64,000 nt of DNA from Chiloscyllium plagiosum (lineage: Eukaryota), in contig NC_057718.1 of the NCBI RefSeq assembly GCF_004010195.1, forward strand, positions 41,375,803 to 41,439,802, in the 5' to 3' direction. Numbering within the stretch: position 1 is the first letter of the stretch; each line of letters begins with the position of its first letter. Both the position numbers and the translations under genes were made by a program. The notes beneath the pieces were generated by a model, which saw only the letters and a list, made by a program, of their open reading frames with translations, was not told the DNA's origin and did no database searches. This document shows positions 39,384 to 52,629 of this stretch, piece by piece.

Positions 39384-40351
39384 GGAGAATAATCAGGCCT
39401 CCCAAAGATGGCCTGTAAGATTGGAGAGGCTGAGATTGAGGGTATATAGTTCTCATGTTGCAGCTTTCCCATCACCCAGTGACATGAACACAGGAATAAA
39501 CCTGAAAGAAAGATTCTGCAATGAGGAGAGAAGAGTGGCACACTTTGATCTCTCAGCTGAACTCATGGCCCAGAAGATCCCAGACATCTTTGTTGCCACT
39601 GATAAAGGAAGTTGATCTGCACTCAAAATGGTGTGGTTGATAATATATTTACTGGTATTTTCTGAGAGCCCAGATATTTTATTGGTGTTAGGAATTGAAT
39701 TCACTGTCACTTACTCTTCTCCACATGCAATTTTGAGGCATCCAATTTTGGTTCTAATGCTATTACCAGAAAACTATATCCACCGATAATTTCCTCAGCC
39801 ATATAACTGATATTCTGACAAAATGTTATCAATGGGTCTCCACCAACTTAAATAGAAAACTGCCCCTTCTGAGTGCATGGACCCCATGTCCTGATGCCTC
39901 CACAATGAAAGCATCAGCAGAAGTTGTTCCTTTTTTATGGATGCTGAACTGCATGTAATAATGTGAAGCCATTTTGGTTAGTAGAGTTCCTTCAAGTCAT
40001 TACATTCACTGTCACAAATCTATTCTGTGGGAAAGTTTCCAATCTAGTGTCACAATGTATGAAAATTGTGCATTTATCCACTGCCATCTATTAAATTGTT
40101 TAGCTCAGCCTGTATTGAAGCTGTAATAATTGGGCTCAGTTTCTCGTATGTAGGATGATATATCAGCCATGTCTGTTGATCTTTATCACTACCCAGCAAC
40201 TCAGCTCAAAGGATACATCTTATGGGTGAATGTGGATCTATTTCAGCAATGTTCCCTTGCCACTTTAGGCCATCAGTGATTAATCTGCTGACATTCACAG
40301 TCTGAGGTAATTTCTGCTGATGGAGATACAAGAAGGATCGGAGGTGGGTGG

Positions 40352-40713
40352 GGTTGGAGTAGTGGCAGAATCACCAAACATATAATCTAGTGGTTTGTGC
40401 TGACGTTTTATTGATTATGGTTTCATATCCTACTAGTGGCATTTAAATTCAATTAATAAATTTGGAATTTAAATCTAATTTCAGTAACGATGACCATAAA
40501 ACTACTATTGATTGTTGTAAACATCAACCTGGTTCACTAATGCCTTTAGGGAAGGAAATCTGCTGTAATCTCTGGGACATATCTGACTCCAGACTCACAG
40601 CATTACAGGTGAATTTAATAGTTCTTTGAAATTGCCAAGCAAGTCACTCTACTCAAGGGCAATTAAATGAATCCTGGCCTTGCTAGTAAAGCATACATCC
40701 CATCACAGAATAA
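40352..40713 (+). mobile_element. tRNA-headed SINE (same family as 30830)
   Basis: TGACCATAAAAC...GATTGTTGTAAA...CTGGTTCACTAATGCCTTTAGGGAAGGAAATCTGC body; tail CAAGGGCAATT...CTGGCCTTGCTAG...CATCCCAT...GAATAAA. Confidence 0.7.
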
Positions 40714-41247
40714 AGGTAGAAAGGGCCAACAGAACTGTTATAACAGCAAAATAGAAGTGAAGGTTAGGATCACTTACGTTTTTGGGATTGGATTGTAAAC
40801 TACGTCTTCTTATACACTTGTTAGCTGTTAGTACCCAGACAAAACTTTTGTCAACCTGGTGTAGTTCTACATTAATTAATAATACTTTCTATTGGGATAA
40901 GATTTTTATTTTCAATGGTAATTTTAAAAACATTTACGGCATCATGAACTGAGACAAAAATAAATCCACTGAGGTGGGGTGAGGCAAATATTTTGCAAAC
41001 CCTTTACCCATTAGCTGCCTTTTTACATAAGTTCACAGCTCTTTTTCATCTTGATATGTCTTCTGGAGTTTTGACCGCAAGTGAGTATTTTTCTTTTTGT
41101 GTGAACTGGCAGCCAAGTTTTTTTTTTCGATGAGCTTGGCCAATGTTTTTTTGGGCTTGTTTTGTGCATGAGTTTGGCTGCTGTGGAGTTTTCTGTTCTG
41201 GTGAGTAAAGTCTAGAGGACAGAGTAAGGTCGGAGGGGGAAACTTAC

Positions 41248-41482
41248 TCATAGTCCTTCGTGAAGGTGCAACCAGGCAGTATGCTAAGCCTTCCTGCATT
41301 TCCCAACAGATAATTCCACTGTCTCTTCTGAACAAGAATGAGACAGTCAGCAGCGACAGAAAAGAAAACGGAAAAGGTAGGAAAGTGATCAAGAAGTTCA
41401 GCAAAAGAATGAAGCCACAAAAGAATATGTGTAGTAGAGGCGAGACGGAAAACTGATTCAACCAGGAACTGTGAAATACCCA
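41248..41482 (-). other. Candidate exon of an unidentified gene
   Basis: Minus-strand acceptor TTCTCTTTTCTCTATAG| and donor ACTATGA|GTAAGT; non-repetitive, several CpGs; possible MQEGLAYCLVAPSRRTM reading into the donor. Confidence 0.35.
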
Positions 41483-43104
41483 CTATAGAGAAAAGAGAAT
41501 TGGATTGCTCAGAGTGTTAGCATAATATCCAGTCTGAGAAATAACACAGCCAGCCGTCAAACAAAACTTTCAGTCTAGGTACATACTGTGGAGTATAAAT
41601 ATGTTAAAAAAGATTTCCCTCCCTGGCTAAGAAATTTTAAATTCATGGATATATCAGGTTTTTTTATGATCTACTCCTTGAATCATGTGTATTGTTGATC
41701 AAGAAGACCTTGCAAAAAGCTTTAGAGAGAGAGAGAGAGCTGGCTGACTGACCAGCCTGCTTGTAGTTGGCATATTCTAATACTTTCATTTCCTGTCAGT
41801 TCTGAGCATCTCTTGGATTGTTATTAATTTAATAAGTGAAGTGAAATAAATCTGAAGCCCTATGATATGAGTTCAGAAATGAATTTCACTGAGGTCCTAG
41901 GTCAGGACAATTGAAACCTTAGCTTTGACTCTTTGTTACTGGCCAATGTGAGCATGTGAATTAGCAACAGGCATATGGCCCACCTAGCCTTTGAAAAGAT
42001 CTGTGGCCTCAACCGTAGATTGTCACTACCCCTGATAGCCATTGACTCCCTTGATTTTATCAAGAAATAACTGTTGCAGTGCAATGTTTTGAAAAAATGT
42101 TCAAATATTCCACTTCCCCTGAGAAACTTTACACTGAATTGTACCTCAAACAAGGATGTCGCATTGACAGGATAGAAAGCTGGGCATTTGGCTGCCTTGG
42201 CAAACTGTGGGAGCACAGGGGCAATCCTACTGGTGACAGCTGACGAAGAGACCACTGCCAATATTGCCATCCAATATGGCGGCCTCTCTCTCAGCGATGG
42301 CAGCCCAGTCAGAGAGTTCCAAGGCCTCTGCCATGTTATCATTACAGAATGGTATCACTGAAGCTGAAGCACAGTTATAGAATGGGTACAATGTTTTTTT
42401 TTAATATGCCAGGCTCAATTGGCTGTGCAATTGAATAAATTTGTTCAGTGGCCATGTCCGATGTGCAGGAGGCTAAAACGTTGAGATTGTCCCTTTTCTG
42501 GGAAAATGGGAACTTTGGGCTTCTCCTGTGATACCTTCCACTACCATTTTTGCAAGGTCTCCTGCCCCCCACCCTGTGACTGTACACTTGCAGCCACTGT
42601 TTCCAAATCCCAACATATTTTCAAGTGGGTGATATTGAGTCAGAATTTTACGAGGTAGCAGGCTGATGACACTGCTGGGAGGACTGCTGAGCAGGAAGAA
42701 GGCCAGCCCACAACCAGACATACTGTGGGCAGGCTAAAATGATGAGAGTTGGACTTCCACCCTTCAGTGGGAGGATACCATATCCTCTGGAGTTGCCAGC
42801 CAATCAGACCGATCGGCAGTTCCAACAGCCCTGGCAGCACTAATAGATCGGTAATGACCAGGAACTGGAGAAAGGAACAGCAAGAAGGCCAAATGGATTT
42901 CAGAATGAAAAAAATCATTGAGTGGGGATGTTTGTCAGCATTACATTCCATCTGTCAAGTTTTTTGCCAACTCACTTAACCTGTCTATATCCCATTGCAA
43001 ACAGTTTTGTCATTTTTATCACTTGCGTTACCACCTTTTTTTGATTCATCTGCAAACTTGGCTATAGTACATTCACTTTCCTCTTCCAAGCCATTAATAT
43101 GGAC

Positions 43105-43540
43105 CAGAAAAATGCAACTCTAAGGAAAGATTTGAAAGGCTGGGATTGGTTTCCTTGGAACTGATGAGGCTGAAAGGACATTTGATTGAGAGGACCCAGA
43201 ACAGAGTGAGTGAGAAGCGCCTTTTACCTGAGCAGAAAGGTCAGTGACTAGAAGGCTCTGATGTAAAGTGGTTGATAGAAAGATTAAACGGGAGATGAAG
43301 AGATGAGTCTTTTTTCACCTGGAGGGCTCTGGAACTCACTGCCTGAGTAATAGTAGAGACAGAAATCCTCACCACTTTTAAAAGAAGTCTGGATATACAC
43401 ATCAAGTGGGATAGCCTGCAGGGCTTCAGACTAAATACTGTAAAGTGTCAGAGTGAAAGACTTTTTTATTATTTGGCAATCACATGATGGACCAAATGGC
43501 CTCTTCATGTGCTGTAAACTGGCTATGATTCTAAACACTC
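43105..43540 (+). mobile_element. Old CR1 3' fragment
   Basis: GGGATTGGTTTCCTTGGAAC...CTGGAACTCACTGCCTGAG...GGACCAAATGGCCTCTTCATGTGCTGTAA. Confidence 0.7.
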
Positions 43541-43981
43541 TGACACAACCAGGTCATATTTTGATATATGATATGTTTTCTGCCCTTGTGTTCAAAATAT
43601 TAATGGATATGTTACAGAGAGATAACCTTGTATACAATTTTTGACACAATTGAAAATAAATTAATCAAAAAAAATTCTTAATTCACCATCCGTGAATAAC
43701 TCAATTTTAAAAAACTGAAAATTACTTTACAAAATAAAAGCTATTTACTGGTTTCGTTGGCGTAAACTATTCAGCTTTCTGGGTTAATGTTTAGTCTTTT
43801 AATTAATGTGTTTGCTATAACATTTAATAGTTTCTGCAAAATTCTGCATCTAAAAATAAAGCTTAATTTTAAGAACCTCCTCAAAAAGCCACAAATAATG
43901 GTGAATTGGCCAAAACCCACCAAGCTAATTAATTTTAGTTTGTGGACACAGCTGGCTTCCAGCTGGTTTCTTAAAAAAACA

Positions 43982-44725
43982 ACTTATTTTCACATAGCAC
44001 CTTTAATGTATTGAAACATCTGAAGGTGCTTCATTAAAACCTTAAAAACAAACAAAGCATTTCATTGAGCCCATAAGGAGTTTTTGGATCAGCTGTCCAA
44101 AAAGCTTGATCACATGGGTCAAGGAGTATTTTAAAGGAGAATAGTGAGGTTGAGGAGCAGACAGGTGTAGGGCAATCATGAGACAGCTTAAGGCCAGGCA
44201 AGGACAGGCACAACTAACCCAGTGCTGGAGCAATCAAACTGGGGATGCACAACAGATCAGATTTAGATGGATACAGATACTTCAAGTTTTATGGAGCTGG
44301 GTGAGATTACAGAAATAGGAAAGGTAAGGTTATTGAGGAATTTGAAAATAAGGATGAGAGTTTAAAATCAAGCTGTTGTTTTATCATGAGCCAATGTATG
44401 TCAGTGAGCACAGAAGTAATAGGAGAACAGGACTTCCTGTTTAGATCATGAGCAGTGGAGTTTTGGATGACCTCCATATCAAGAAGAGTAGAATGGAGGA
44501 GTCCAACAAGGAATGTGTTGGAATGGTTGAGTTTAGAGATAATACAGGCAAAATTAAGTGTTTCAACAGTAGGGGTGAAGTGGCGCAATGTTACCAAAAT
44601 GGAACCAGGCAATGTTAATGCTGGCATAATACTGATATAAGGTTGGAAGCTCACCCCAGGATCAAATGTGATACCTGGATGGCAAACAGACTGACTTAAT
44701 TTCACATTGTTGCCAGGGAGCGGAA
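43982..44725 (-). mobile_element. L2-clade LINE 3' portion
   Basis: ORF 44307-44759: LSQSVCHPGITFDPGVSFQPYI...ISKLNHSNTFLVGL...IQNSTA...SPITSVLTDIHWL, a typical L2 ORF2 C-terminus. Confidence 0.85.
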
Positions 44726-45617
44726 TGAATGATGAATATTTATCTCTCACTGCACACATCTTGTGTTTACAATTCCTTGAGCTTTGTTACTGGTCTGGAA
44801 GATTTCAGATGAATTTTGCTGGTAACCAGCATAATTGAGGGAAAGTTCTATGCCTTACCTTGAAAGTTTTTACAAAAAGCAACTTGCGTGCTTTGTGGAT
44901 TTAATGTACAAACCTGATGAAGCAAAGGGTGGAAAATTGAGTTGGAAATGGAGAGGAAATAGAATTATACCTTTTTCCACTCAACATCACTACTGTTGTA
45001 TATGCAAAAGGATCTTTGTCACTGTGACATCAATTCACATGGAGCTGAAGTCTGGATTTTACCATCTTCAGTATCTTGAATAAAGTCTATTGCTGTTCAC
45101 TCAGCAAAGAGTTAGACCTCACATTACTACAAGGTGGCAACAGTGACCAGACACACGGAACTGGAGATTGGCAGTGTAACAGCATTAGCGATGTATGGCA
45201 CTATTGGGAGAAACTAGCAGCCATTCCCAGAGGTGAAGGAAGTACACGAAGTGAAACTCAACGGTGGTAAGGAACAACAATGATTGGATTTGAGGCACTG
45301 AACCACGGAAGAGAAGGTTTGTACAGAAGCTGAAGGAAGGCCAGGAGAAGATCTACTGCTGAATACATGGTAAGCAATAGGCAGAAATCAAAAAGACATA
45401 GTGAGTAAAGTATTACACAAACTAACGTACTGCAGAGAAAGGGATGGGGGAATACTATTCAGAAAGTACACTGATGGCAAGTGCAGGAAAGGGAATTCCA
45501 CAAGTGGGAAGCCATACCAGCCATTCTTATAGGGGGTCATGAGTTCAAAAAGAGAGACCAGGAATGGTTGCATCAGAAATACCACAAACTAAATGCAGGT
45601 CATAGGAAGCTACATGT

Positions 45618-46352
45618 GTCATAGAGTCATGGGGTTAAACAGCATAGAAGCAAACATTTTGGTCCAACTCAGGTATCCGAAATTGAACCAGTCTCATTTG
45701 CCTGCATTTGACCCATACCCTTCTAAACTCTTCGTATTCATCTACCTGTCTCAATGTTTTTTAAATGTTCTAACTGTATCCGCCTCCAGCACTGCCTCTG
45801 GCAGCTTATTCCATAAATGCACCACCCTATGTGTGAAGAAATTGCCCCTCAGGTGCCTTTTAAAACTTTCCCTTCTCATTTCAAACCAATGCCCTCTAGT
45901 TCTGGACTCCCCTACTGTAGGGAAAAGACCTTGACTATTCATCTTATTTATGCCTCTCATGATTTCATAAATCTCTACAAGATCACTCCTCAGCCTCTGA
46001 TGCTCCAGGGAAAAAAGTTCCAGTTTACCCAGCCTCTCCTTATAACTCAAACCCTCCAGTCCAGACAACATCATTGTGACCTTTCTCAGTACCCCTTTTC
46101 AGTTTAACAACATCCTTCCTATGGCACAGCGATCAAAATTGTATGCAGTATTCCAAAACTGGCCTCACCAAAGTGCTGTGCATCTGCAAGATGACATCTC
46201 AACTCCTACACACAAAGCTCAGACCAATGAAGGCAGACGTGCCAAATGCCTTCTTCACTACCTGTCTACCCGCCTTCTTACTTTCAAGGAACTATGAATC
46301 TGCACCCCTAAGTCTCTCAGTACAACAATATTCTCCCAGGGCCCTATCATTA
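45618..46352 (-). mobile_element. CR1 (HER1-type) LINE 3' portion
   Basis: ORF 45751-46074 LSYKERLGKLELFSLEHQRLRSDLVEIYEIMRG...TRGH...FFTHRVVHLWNKLP; terminal GTCATAGAGTCAT. Confidence 0.93.
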
Positions 46353-46539
46353 ACTATTAGGTATTGGGTTAGGTGAGACCAAATGACAGGATGAACTCTT
46401 CCTGGGGTTAGTTGCAGGGCTACAGCAAGGATTGAACTCTCCTGATGGTATGGACTTGCGGCAATAGTTCTGGCATGTCGACTTTTAAGATAAATGTCAG
46501 GAAAACTAGTCTTAAATTGAATACTGGAGAAGATGTATT

Positions 46540-46885
46540 CATAGAATCCCTACAACGTGTAAACAGCCCATTAGGCCCAACAACTTTGCACCAACCCTCT
46601 GAAGAGTGTCCCACCCAGACCCATTCTGCAACCCTATTATTCCACATTCACTCTGATGAATGCAACTAACCTATACATCCCTGAACACTATGGGCAATTT
46701 AGCATGGCCAATCCACCTAACCTGCACATCTTTGTGATTAATGGGGGAAACCAGAGCACCCAGAGGAAACCCTCACAAACTCAGGGAGAATGTGCAAACT
46801 CTGCACAGTCGCCCGAGGCTGGAATCAAACTCAGATCGCTGGCACTGTGAGGCAGCAGTGCTAAACACTGAGCCACCGTGTCGCC
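46540..46885 (-). mobile_element. Full-length HE1-type SINE
   Basis: CATAGAATCCCTAC...GGCAATTTAGCATGGCCAATCCACCTAACCTGCACATC...GAGCCACCGTGTCGCC. Confidence 0.92.
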
Positions 46886-47306
46886 ATTGATCCATGTAGA
46901 TTCTTAACAATGGTTGAGGGCAATAAATTGCATGCATCTGCATCTTATTCAACATTGTCATCACACTGTGTTTTCAAGATAACCATATGCTAAAAAAGCA
47001 AGAAAATCATCACTCACATTGAGTCAACTATCACTTAAGTTTCTGTGCAGCAATGATCTAACTGTCTCTAGGGGTTGAGGGACTTCATTGTTTACATAGA
47101 TAATGTTCACGTTTAAGCAATCTGAAGTAAGATTAGAAGCTGACTTTTTCTTTAATTCCTCCTTTTGGACATTCCTGATTGCAGTAGACCCTCTGTGAGG
47201 AAGGGCACAATAGGCCAGTGCTGTACCTTAGTGAATTTATTAGCTAAGCTCGTCTATGGATTCATATTTATTTCTGAAGGCTGATGTGTCTGTTATCTTC
47301 AATACA

Positions 47307-47537
47307 GCTTGTAACTGAGAAGCACTCTTCAGTCTAAGTATGTGCAGTGACTCCAGGTAGTTTTAATAGCAGGAATTTGCCAAGAGGTCTGTGCTGATGA
47401 CTGATATTATGTATGCTGTCTGTCATCGTTCCCCACAAACATCATTTAGTAATTTGTTATGTAATTATAAATCTAATATGTCTGGCAGGCAGACAAAAGC
47501 AGAACAGATATGAGAGTACCACCCCAGGCATTTTGTT
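47307..47537. repeat. Unclassified ~235-bp dispersed element, copy 1
   Basis: Co-linear exact blocks shared with 53146-53389, e.g. AATAGCAGGAATT, TGTCTGTCATCG, GTAATTATAAATCTAATAT, CAGACAAAAGCAG. Confidence 0.85.
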
Positions 47538-48319
47538 GACAGTATCTCTGGCCATGTGAAAATGGGCATTCTTGGCTTAATCAGTCAGTTGGAAGAAACA
47601 GCCTTTCACATTAGGTAACTACCATACCATTGCAACTGTAACCTTGTAACAAACCCTCATTGTATGAGTCAGAATGAAAGCAAGGCTTTAAAGTGTATTT
47701 TTCTTCACCTTCTTCTCCTTATACAATCAATGCACAGCAGCATGTAGTCTTATCAAGTCCGGTGTGCAGTCATTTCATACAGTTCCAAATGTGCTTCCAA
47801 TCATCTTAGGCAAGTCAGTAGAATTTGAACTCTGACCTCCATCAGTCTTGTTGTATGTGAAGTGCATCTTCTGTTGGTCAGCCTACACCTCCCTGACATT
47901 GAAAACTTGTAAAAGACAGAAATGTGATTGTGGGTCATTATGAGAGGGAAGAGAACTTTTAAACGTTTATTTATAATCGACCAAATCCTTTTTTGTCCTC
48001 CAAGACACTTATAGATTGTTAAACAGATATATCCATGTGCATTAGATTTTAAACTGTGCCTATTAACAAAAAAACATCAATTGTACACAAGTGACTCTTG
48101 CAGGTGCCTGTTGCACATGAAAGGATCATTGTTTGAATGCAAACTAATGTATGAATTGATCTTCTGAATGAAAGTCAGTATTGTAGCCTATCACCTCATT
48201 TCTAATTGTCAAGGGTTATCACAGAGAATAAATTTACAACAAGTTCATCTCAGATGTGACCTATTAGGGCTCAACTCAAAAGGAGCACCAGAAATACTTC
48301 AGTTGGAAACCAACTGCAA

Positions 48320-49235
48320 TGATAGGTCCCACTCATTGATTAGACAATCTTCTGACAGGATGCCCAACTCAACTTACCCGGTACGCAGCCCCCCAGCAAC
48401 ATAAACCCCCAGTAAGCTGGAAGGTGTATCCCCCCAAGCAGCCAGTCACTCAGAAGCTGTCAGGAAGTTAGCTAGAGATCTGGTGCCCACAAAGCGTACA
48501 GTAATGGCAGGCCAGAGAAACATAAAGATAAATTAGTTGAGAAGATTCAGCAGATTCCATACAGTTAGTTCTCAGGAGAAACCCCAGGGAGTGGTGGCTT
48601 GTGCCATGGAAAACAGTTAAGACCAGAAAGAAGATCTGGCAACCATTGATACTTCAATACAGCTGATAATGGAGTCAAAGAAGCAAGTTGTTTAATAAAA
48701 GTTGGAACTGTGCCGATATTAGAAACTTTGGAGTAGTTCCAGTCTTGGGGGAAGAGATTGAACTACCAAGATGTGAACAGCCATTGTGACTATCCAAATC
48801 AGAGAGGCTCTGAGGAGCTCCAAAGACCAGAAGTTTGAAGAAGAAGGATTCGAATCCCTTACAAAACAAACAACATTCTAGTGAGATTGGTTAATTGCAA
48901 GTGTCACTAACATTTGTCTGTGATCTGTCTTGATAACACCAGCCATTTAAAGCAAGGTTCTTGAAATGTAAGAACATAGATTGTCTATTAGCTCAGTTTT
49001 GCCTTATGCTCATCATTAATATTTGAATCTAATGTGTGTATATTTGTACATATCATTTAGCGTCATTATCTTACTTGCTCAGTATACTTATTTGATCATT
49101 GTTACTTAAACTTGTTCTGTTAAAGTTTGCATGATACAGGTAGTTTGGCATTTCACTTCAGTACTGGAACCATACTGATTCTTGTACCCTTGGTTCTCCC
49201 TTGCATATATTATTTTAAAAGATTACGACCTATCA
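48320..49235. mobile_element. Possible LTR
   Basis: Perfect 8-bp inverted termini TGATAGGT...ACCTATCA; no target duplication seen. Confidence 0.3.
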
Positions 49236-50247
49236 AGTGAGAACTTGACAAATATCCAGCTTGTCCATATTCTTGTAATTGGGACAATAACAGTGGGTTC
49301 CACTAAATTCCACCCTCCAAGCATAACACCATAAGAGCTTATTGTTAGCGCAAAGGCAAATTCTCCTTCGTATATCTTCAGTAGAGTTTACAAAGATAGC
49401 TTGAGTCCTTGCACAGAGTGGAAACATTGCATCGACCACATAAAACATCATGGGGTTGTCTTTAACTGTTTCTGCTGGACAGAAACAGATGGCAGTGGGT
49501 CAGCTTCATGTTTTACAATTTTCCTTTCCACTGAAAGCAAGTGGACAACATTCAAGTCAACGTCATTTGGATTTTGTAGGAGATATCTTTGCACTTTCAA
49601 GGGTTGATTCAAACTTTGCTTTATAAATTTTCATCTGTCAGAACCTTGTATTTTTTCTTTGTTTTTATTTACAAATTTGTTTAATAGATTTGACTAGTAG
49701 TATTAGTCTGATTAGTATGTTCTGCCATGTCTGGTTTTCTTTGCATTTCAGAGTTTGAATAGGAATATATAATGAACAACCCTGAATAAATTAGGCGCCA
49801 GATATTTCAGTGAATGCTGCTCATCCCATTGTGTGCAATACTCTGCTCAACACAGGCAAAGTTCCAATGTTCAGACTATAAGCTGATTTAGGACAACTGT
49901 CTCTTCGTTTGAACAGTTGTAGACAGAATTGGGAGTTGGCCTAAATTTTAATATCCTCTCCGAGTATCTGGTGTTCAGCACCAATTGGTTTCGATAGTTC
50001 AATCTCCCCATGAAAAACAAGTTTCAAAGTGAACATTTTCCACTTTCCTGAGTTAAGCCATTTACTAATTGGAGCAACTGTTACAATAGCCTTTTGTCAG
50101 CAGATAATGATGTCACACGGCTTGGTGCTGCTGGCGAAAATACAGAGGGAAACTATAAATATCAACATAGGAGGCCATTTTAATTAGGAGATTTCATAAA
50201 CACAGATTTTTCCCAGTGACGAAACAAAAAAAGAGTTTACTATGTGT

Positions 50248-50438
50248 TAATGGTTATGCTGCGTGCTGGTGGAAGAAAGAAAGTAATTTAAAACACACAA
50301 AACTCCTACGTTTCCATGCAAATTCAGCCAGAAGCAAGCAGCGCTCTTTGCTGCTGGCTGAACTTATGTGGAAATGTAGGAGTACAGTGTGTTTTGAATT
50401 ATATTTTTTTTCTTTCACAGCATGAAGGATAGACATTG
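50248..50438. repeat. Long imperfect palindrome / hairpin
   Basis: AATTTAAAACACAC/GTGTGTTTTGAATT, ACTCCTACGTTTCCA/TGGAAATGTAGGAGT, TTCAGCCAG/CTGGCTGAA and CGTGCTG/CAGCATG pair around a centre at ~50342. Confidence 0.9.
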
Positions 50439-50956
50439 TGATCTGTAGATAAAAGGTCGCTAGCAATCTCTCCAAGGCAATTACTGGTTGCTCATATTAA
50501 GTGGAAAAACACTGACTACTTTGAAAGTCACTTTTAACTGTGTGCTTGAAATTTTAAAAAAAGAAATTGCCATACTGCCTGGTGTACAGTTCACATAGTT
50601 ATTAAGTTTTGTGATCCGTAGTCCAGGATAAAAGTCTATAAGTTTATGTGTAAACAAGATTCATAGGTGTTACCACTTGGTTGGTTGGTTCTCCAACTCT
50701 CCATAAAGCATATGTGGAGTAAAAATTATTTCCTTAACACGTTTTGGATTTTATTTTATTTACTTTTGCTCTCCTTTCTGAGGACACTGGCTAACATAAA
50801 AGTACAGAACTGACAAAACTCAACAAATCTAAGTGCATGCCTCATGTGGAACATACAAACTTAAGCGAAACATAAGTACTGGCATACACTAGATTGAACT
50901 GAATGGCCTGTTTCTTTTTTGCACATTCTGTGTAACAACAGGTTATGTGATTCTGG

Positions 50957-51185
50957 AGATAAAAAAACAACTGCAGATGCTGGATTCCAAGGTAGACAAG
51001 CAGGAGGCTGGAAGAACACAGCAAGGCAGGCAGCATCAGGAGGTGGAGAAATCAATGTTTCGAGTGTAACCCTTCTTCAGGACCCACCCCTAGTCCTGAA
51101 GAAGGGTTATACCTGAAATGTTGACTACTCGACCTCCTGATGCTGCCTGGCTTGTTGTGTTCTTCGAGCCACCTGCTTGTCTACC
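50957..51185. mobile_element. Penelope-derived fold-back insert (family D)
   Basis: Inverted arms GGTAGACAAGCAGG...TTCTTCAGGAC and GTCCTGAAGAA...CCTGCTTGTCTACC; TAT(G/T)TGATTCTGG at 50944-50956 and 51186-51198. Confidence 0.8.
51091..51127 (+). ncRNA. Minimal hammerhead ribozyme motif (family D)
   Basis: TAGTC-CTGAAGA-A-GGGT/TAT/ACCT-GAAA-TGTT-GACTA; perfect 5-bp helix I (TAGTC/GACTA); the cleavage triplet GUU is suboptimal. Confidence 0.6.
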
Positions 51186-51636
51186 TATTTGATTCTGGCG
51201 GCATTTTGTCAAACATCTTAATGCACAATTTTCTGCATAACTGTCTCAAAGATGATCAGGAACTCAAAAACCTGGTTGAAATTTCCCTCCTTCACTGCTT
51301 CCAGAGCAGTATCCCCAACACTACTTCAGATGAATTAAATTAAGCAAAGACTAAGCTTTGGTTTTGAGAACTTTCAGATGCCTGTGATTCAGATGGAAGA
51401 TCAGCTGGAACACTTGGCTCCCAACTACCAGAGGAACCTAGATGAGTTACTTTTCATTTAAGAATCTGAGATGATTTCTCATAATGCATGGTACCACCAA
51501 GGTTGAAGGGAGAGCAAGATATGTGAATAAACTTAAGGGAGTTCACATTAAATGCCGTAAACCCTGGGTTTGAACAACTGCAGCTTGGTGAAGGAAAATA
51601 AGATTGAAGTATACAACGAGTTGCAGTTTTGAGATA

Positions 51637-51747
51637 TGATGTGGAGGTGCCGGTGTTGGACTGGAGTGGGCAAAGTGAAAAATCATACAACACTAGGTTT
51701 AATTCAAAAGGACCTGTTGGACTATAACCTGGTGTTGTGTGATTTTT
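51637..51747. mobile_element. Penelope-derived fold-back insert (family B)
   Basis: AAAAATCATACAACACTAGGTT inverted against AACCTGGTGTTGTGTGATTTTT; duplication AGTTTTGAGATA at 51625-51636 and 51748-51759. Confidence 0.8.
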
Positions 51748-52629
51748 AGTTTTGAGATAGCTTGTGTAATACGTTTTCAGTTTACAACATTAAGAACATA
51801 TTTAATAGTCATTAGAATGGCATATTTAGTATTCAGGCCATTCTAATAACTATTAATTATGTTCTCAATGTTGGGAAAGAGAAAACATCAGGACAGAACT
51901 ATCAGTGAAATACAAAAACTGGAAGATATAAGGAAGTCTGCAACAAAGAGTTAAAGGCCAGGTGTGTGACATAGTTTGAAAAAAGAATGTGAGTGTGGAC
52001 CATACCTGGAGTATTGTGAGCAGCGCTGGGCAACTGAACTTTCTTTTTTGGCAATGTAGCTTTTCAAACCTCTCCTTACTGTGTCAGTTTCAGGAGCATT
52101 TGAAAGACTTGTCATGTATGGCTATGTATCATTGCTTCTATACAAAATGGATTCTAGGAACGTGGGTCTAGAGGATACATGGACTGCTTGAGTAATATAG
52201 AAGTATGGAAGAAGAATGGGTTAGAAGAGGTATGGTGGCGTATGAGGGGGTATGAAGACATTTGTGCACGAGGATGCATGGAGACTATAAGGGGACATTG
52301 GCAACAGCTTTTAAACTTACCTGTCAAAAGAATTCCTGAATATTTAGGAAGTTTTCCCCAGGGCTATCAACCTCACCCAGCCAGGTTCCCACAGTCTTTA
52401 GGAACCCATTCACCTAGATGTAAATAACAAAGGCAGGGAAGTTTAAAGGGCCTTCAATTGCAAGTGAGCATCAGCTCACAACTGTCACAATTCCTAACCT
52501 GACCAAAATGGAGGGTAGTGGAAATCATTGGAATGGGTAGTGGAAATCATTGGGGAAATTCAAAATTACAGACTTGCACACCCCTCCTCAACCTTCTCAA
52601 CCTGTGTTTGTTTTGAGGGTTTAATTACA

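Noticed and set aside
39109..39615. 168-aa ORF
   Set aside because: Reads through a Penelope terminal fragment. The flanks gave only faint RTE-like hints, in inconsistent order
47395..47404. C/D box snoRNA (TGATGA...CTGA) in the duplicated element
   Set aside because: No properly spaced D box or terminal stem shared by both copies
49233..49520. Possible Harbinger transposase remnant (FYVVDAMFPL)
   Set aside because: Single weak motif; not enough to call
50368..50391. miR-1/miR-206-like TGGAAATGTAGGAGT
   Set aside because: Seed and length do not match those miRNAs; resemblance is superficial
52513..52553. Tandem GGGTAGTGGAAATCATTGG twice
   Set aside because: Simple local tandem duplication with no further structure
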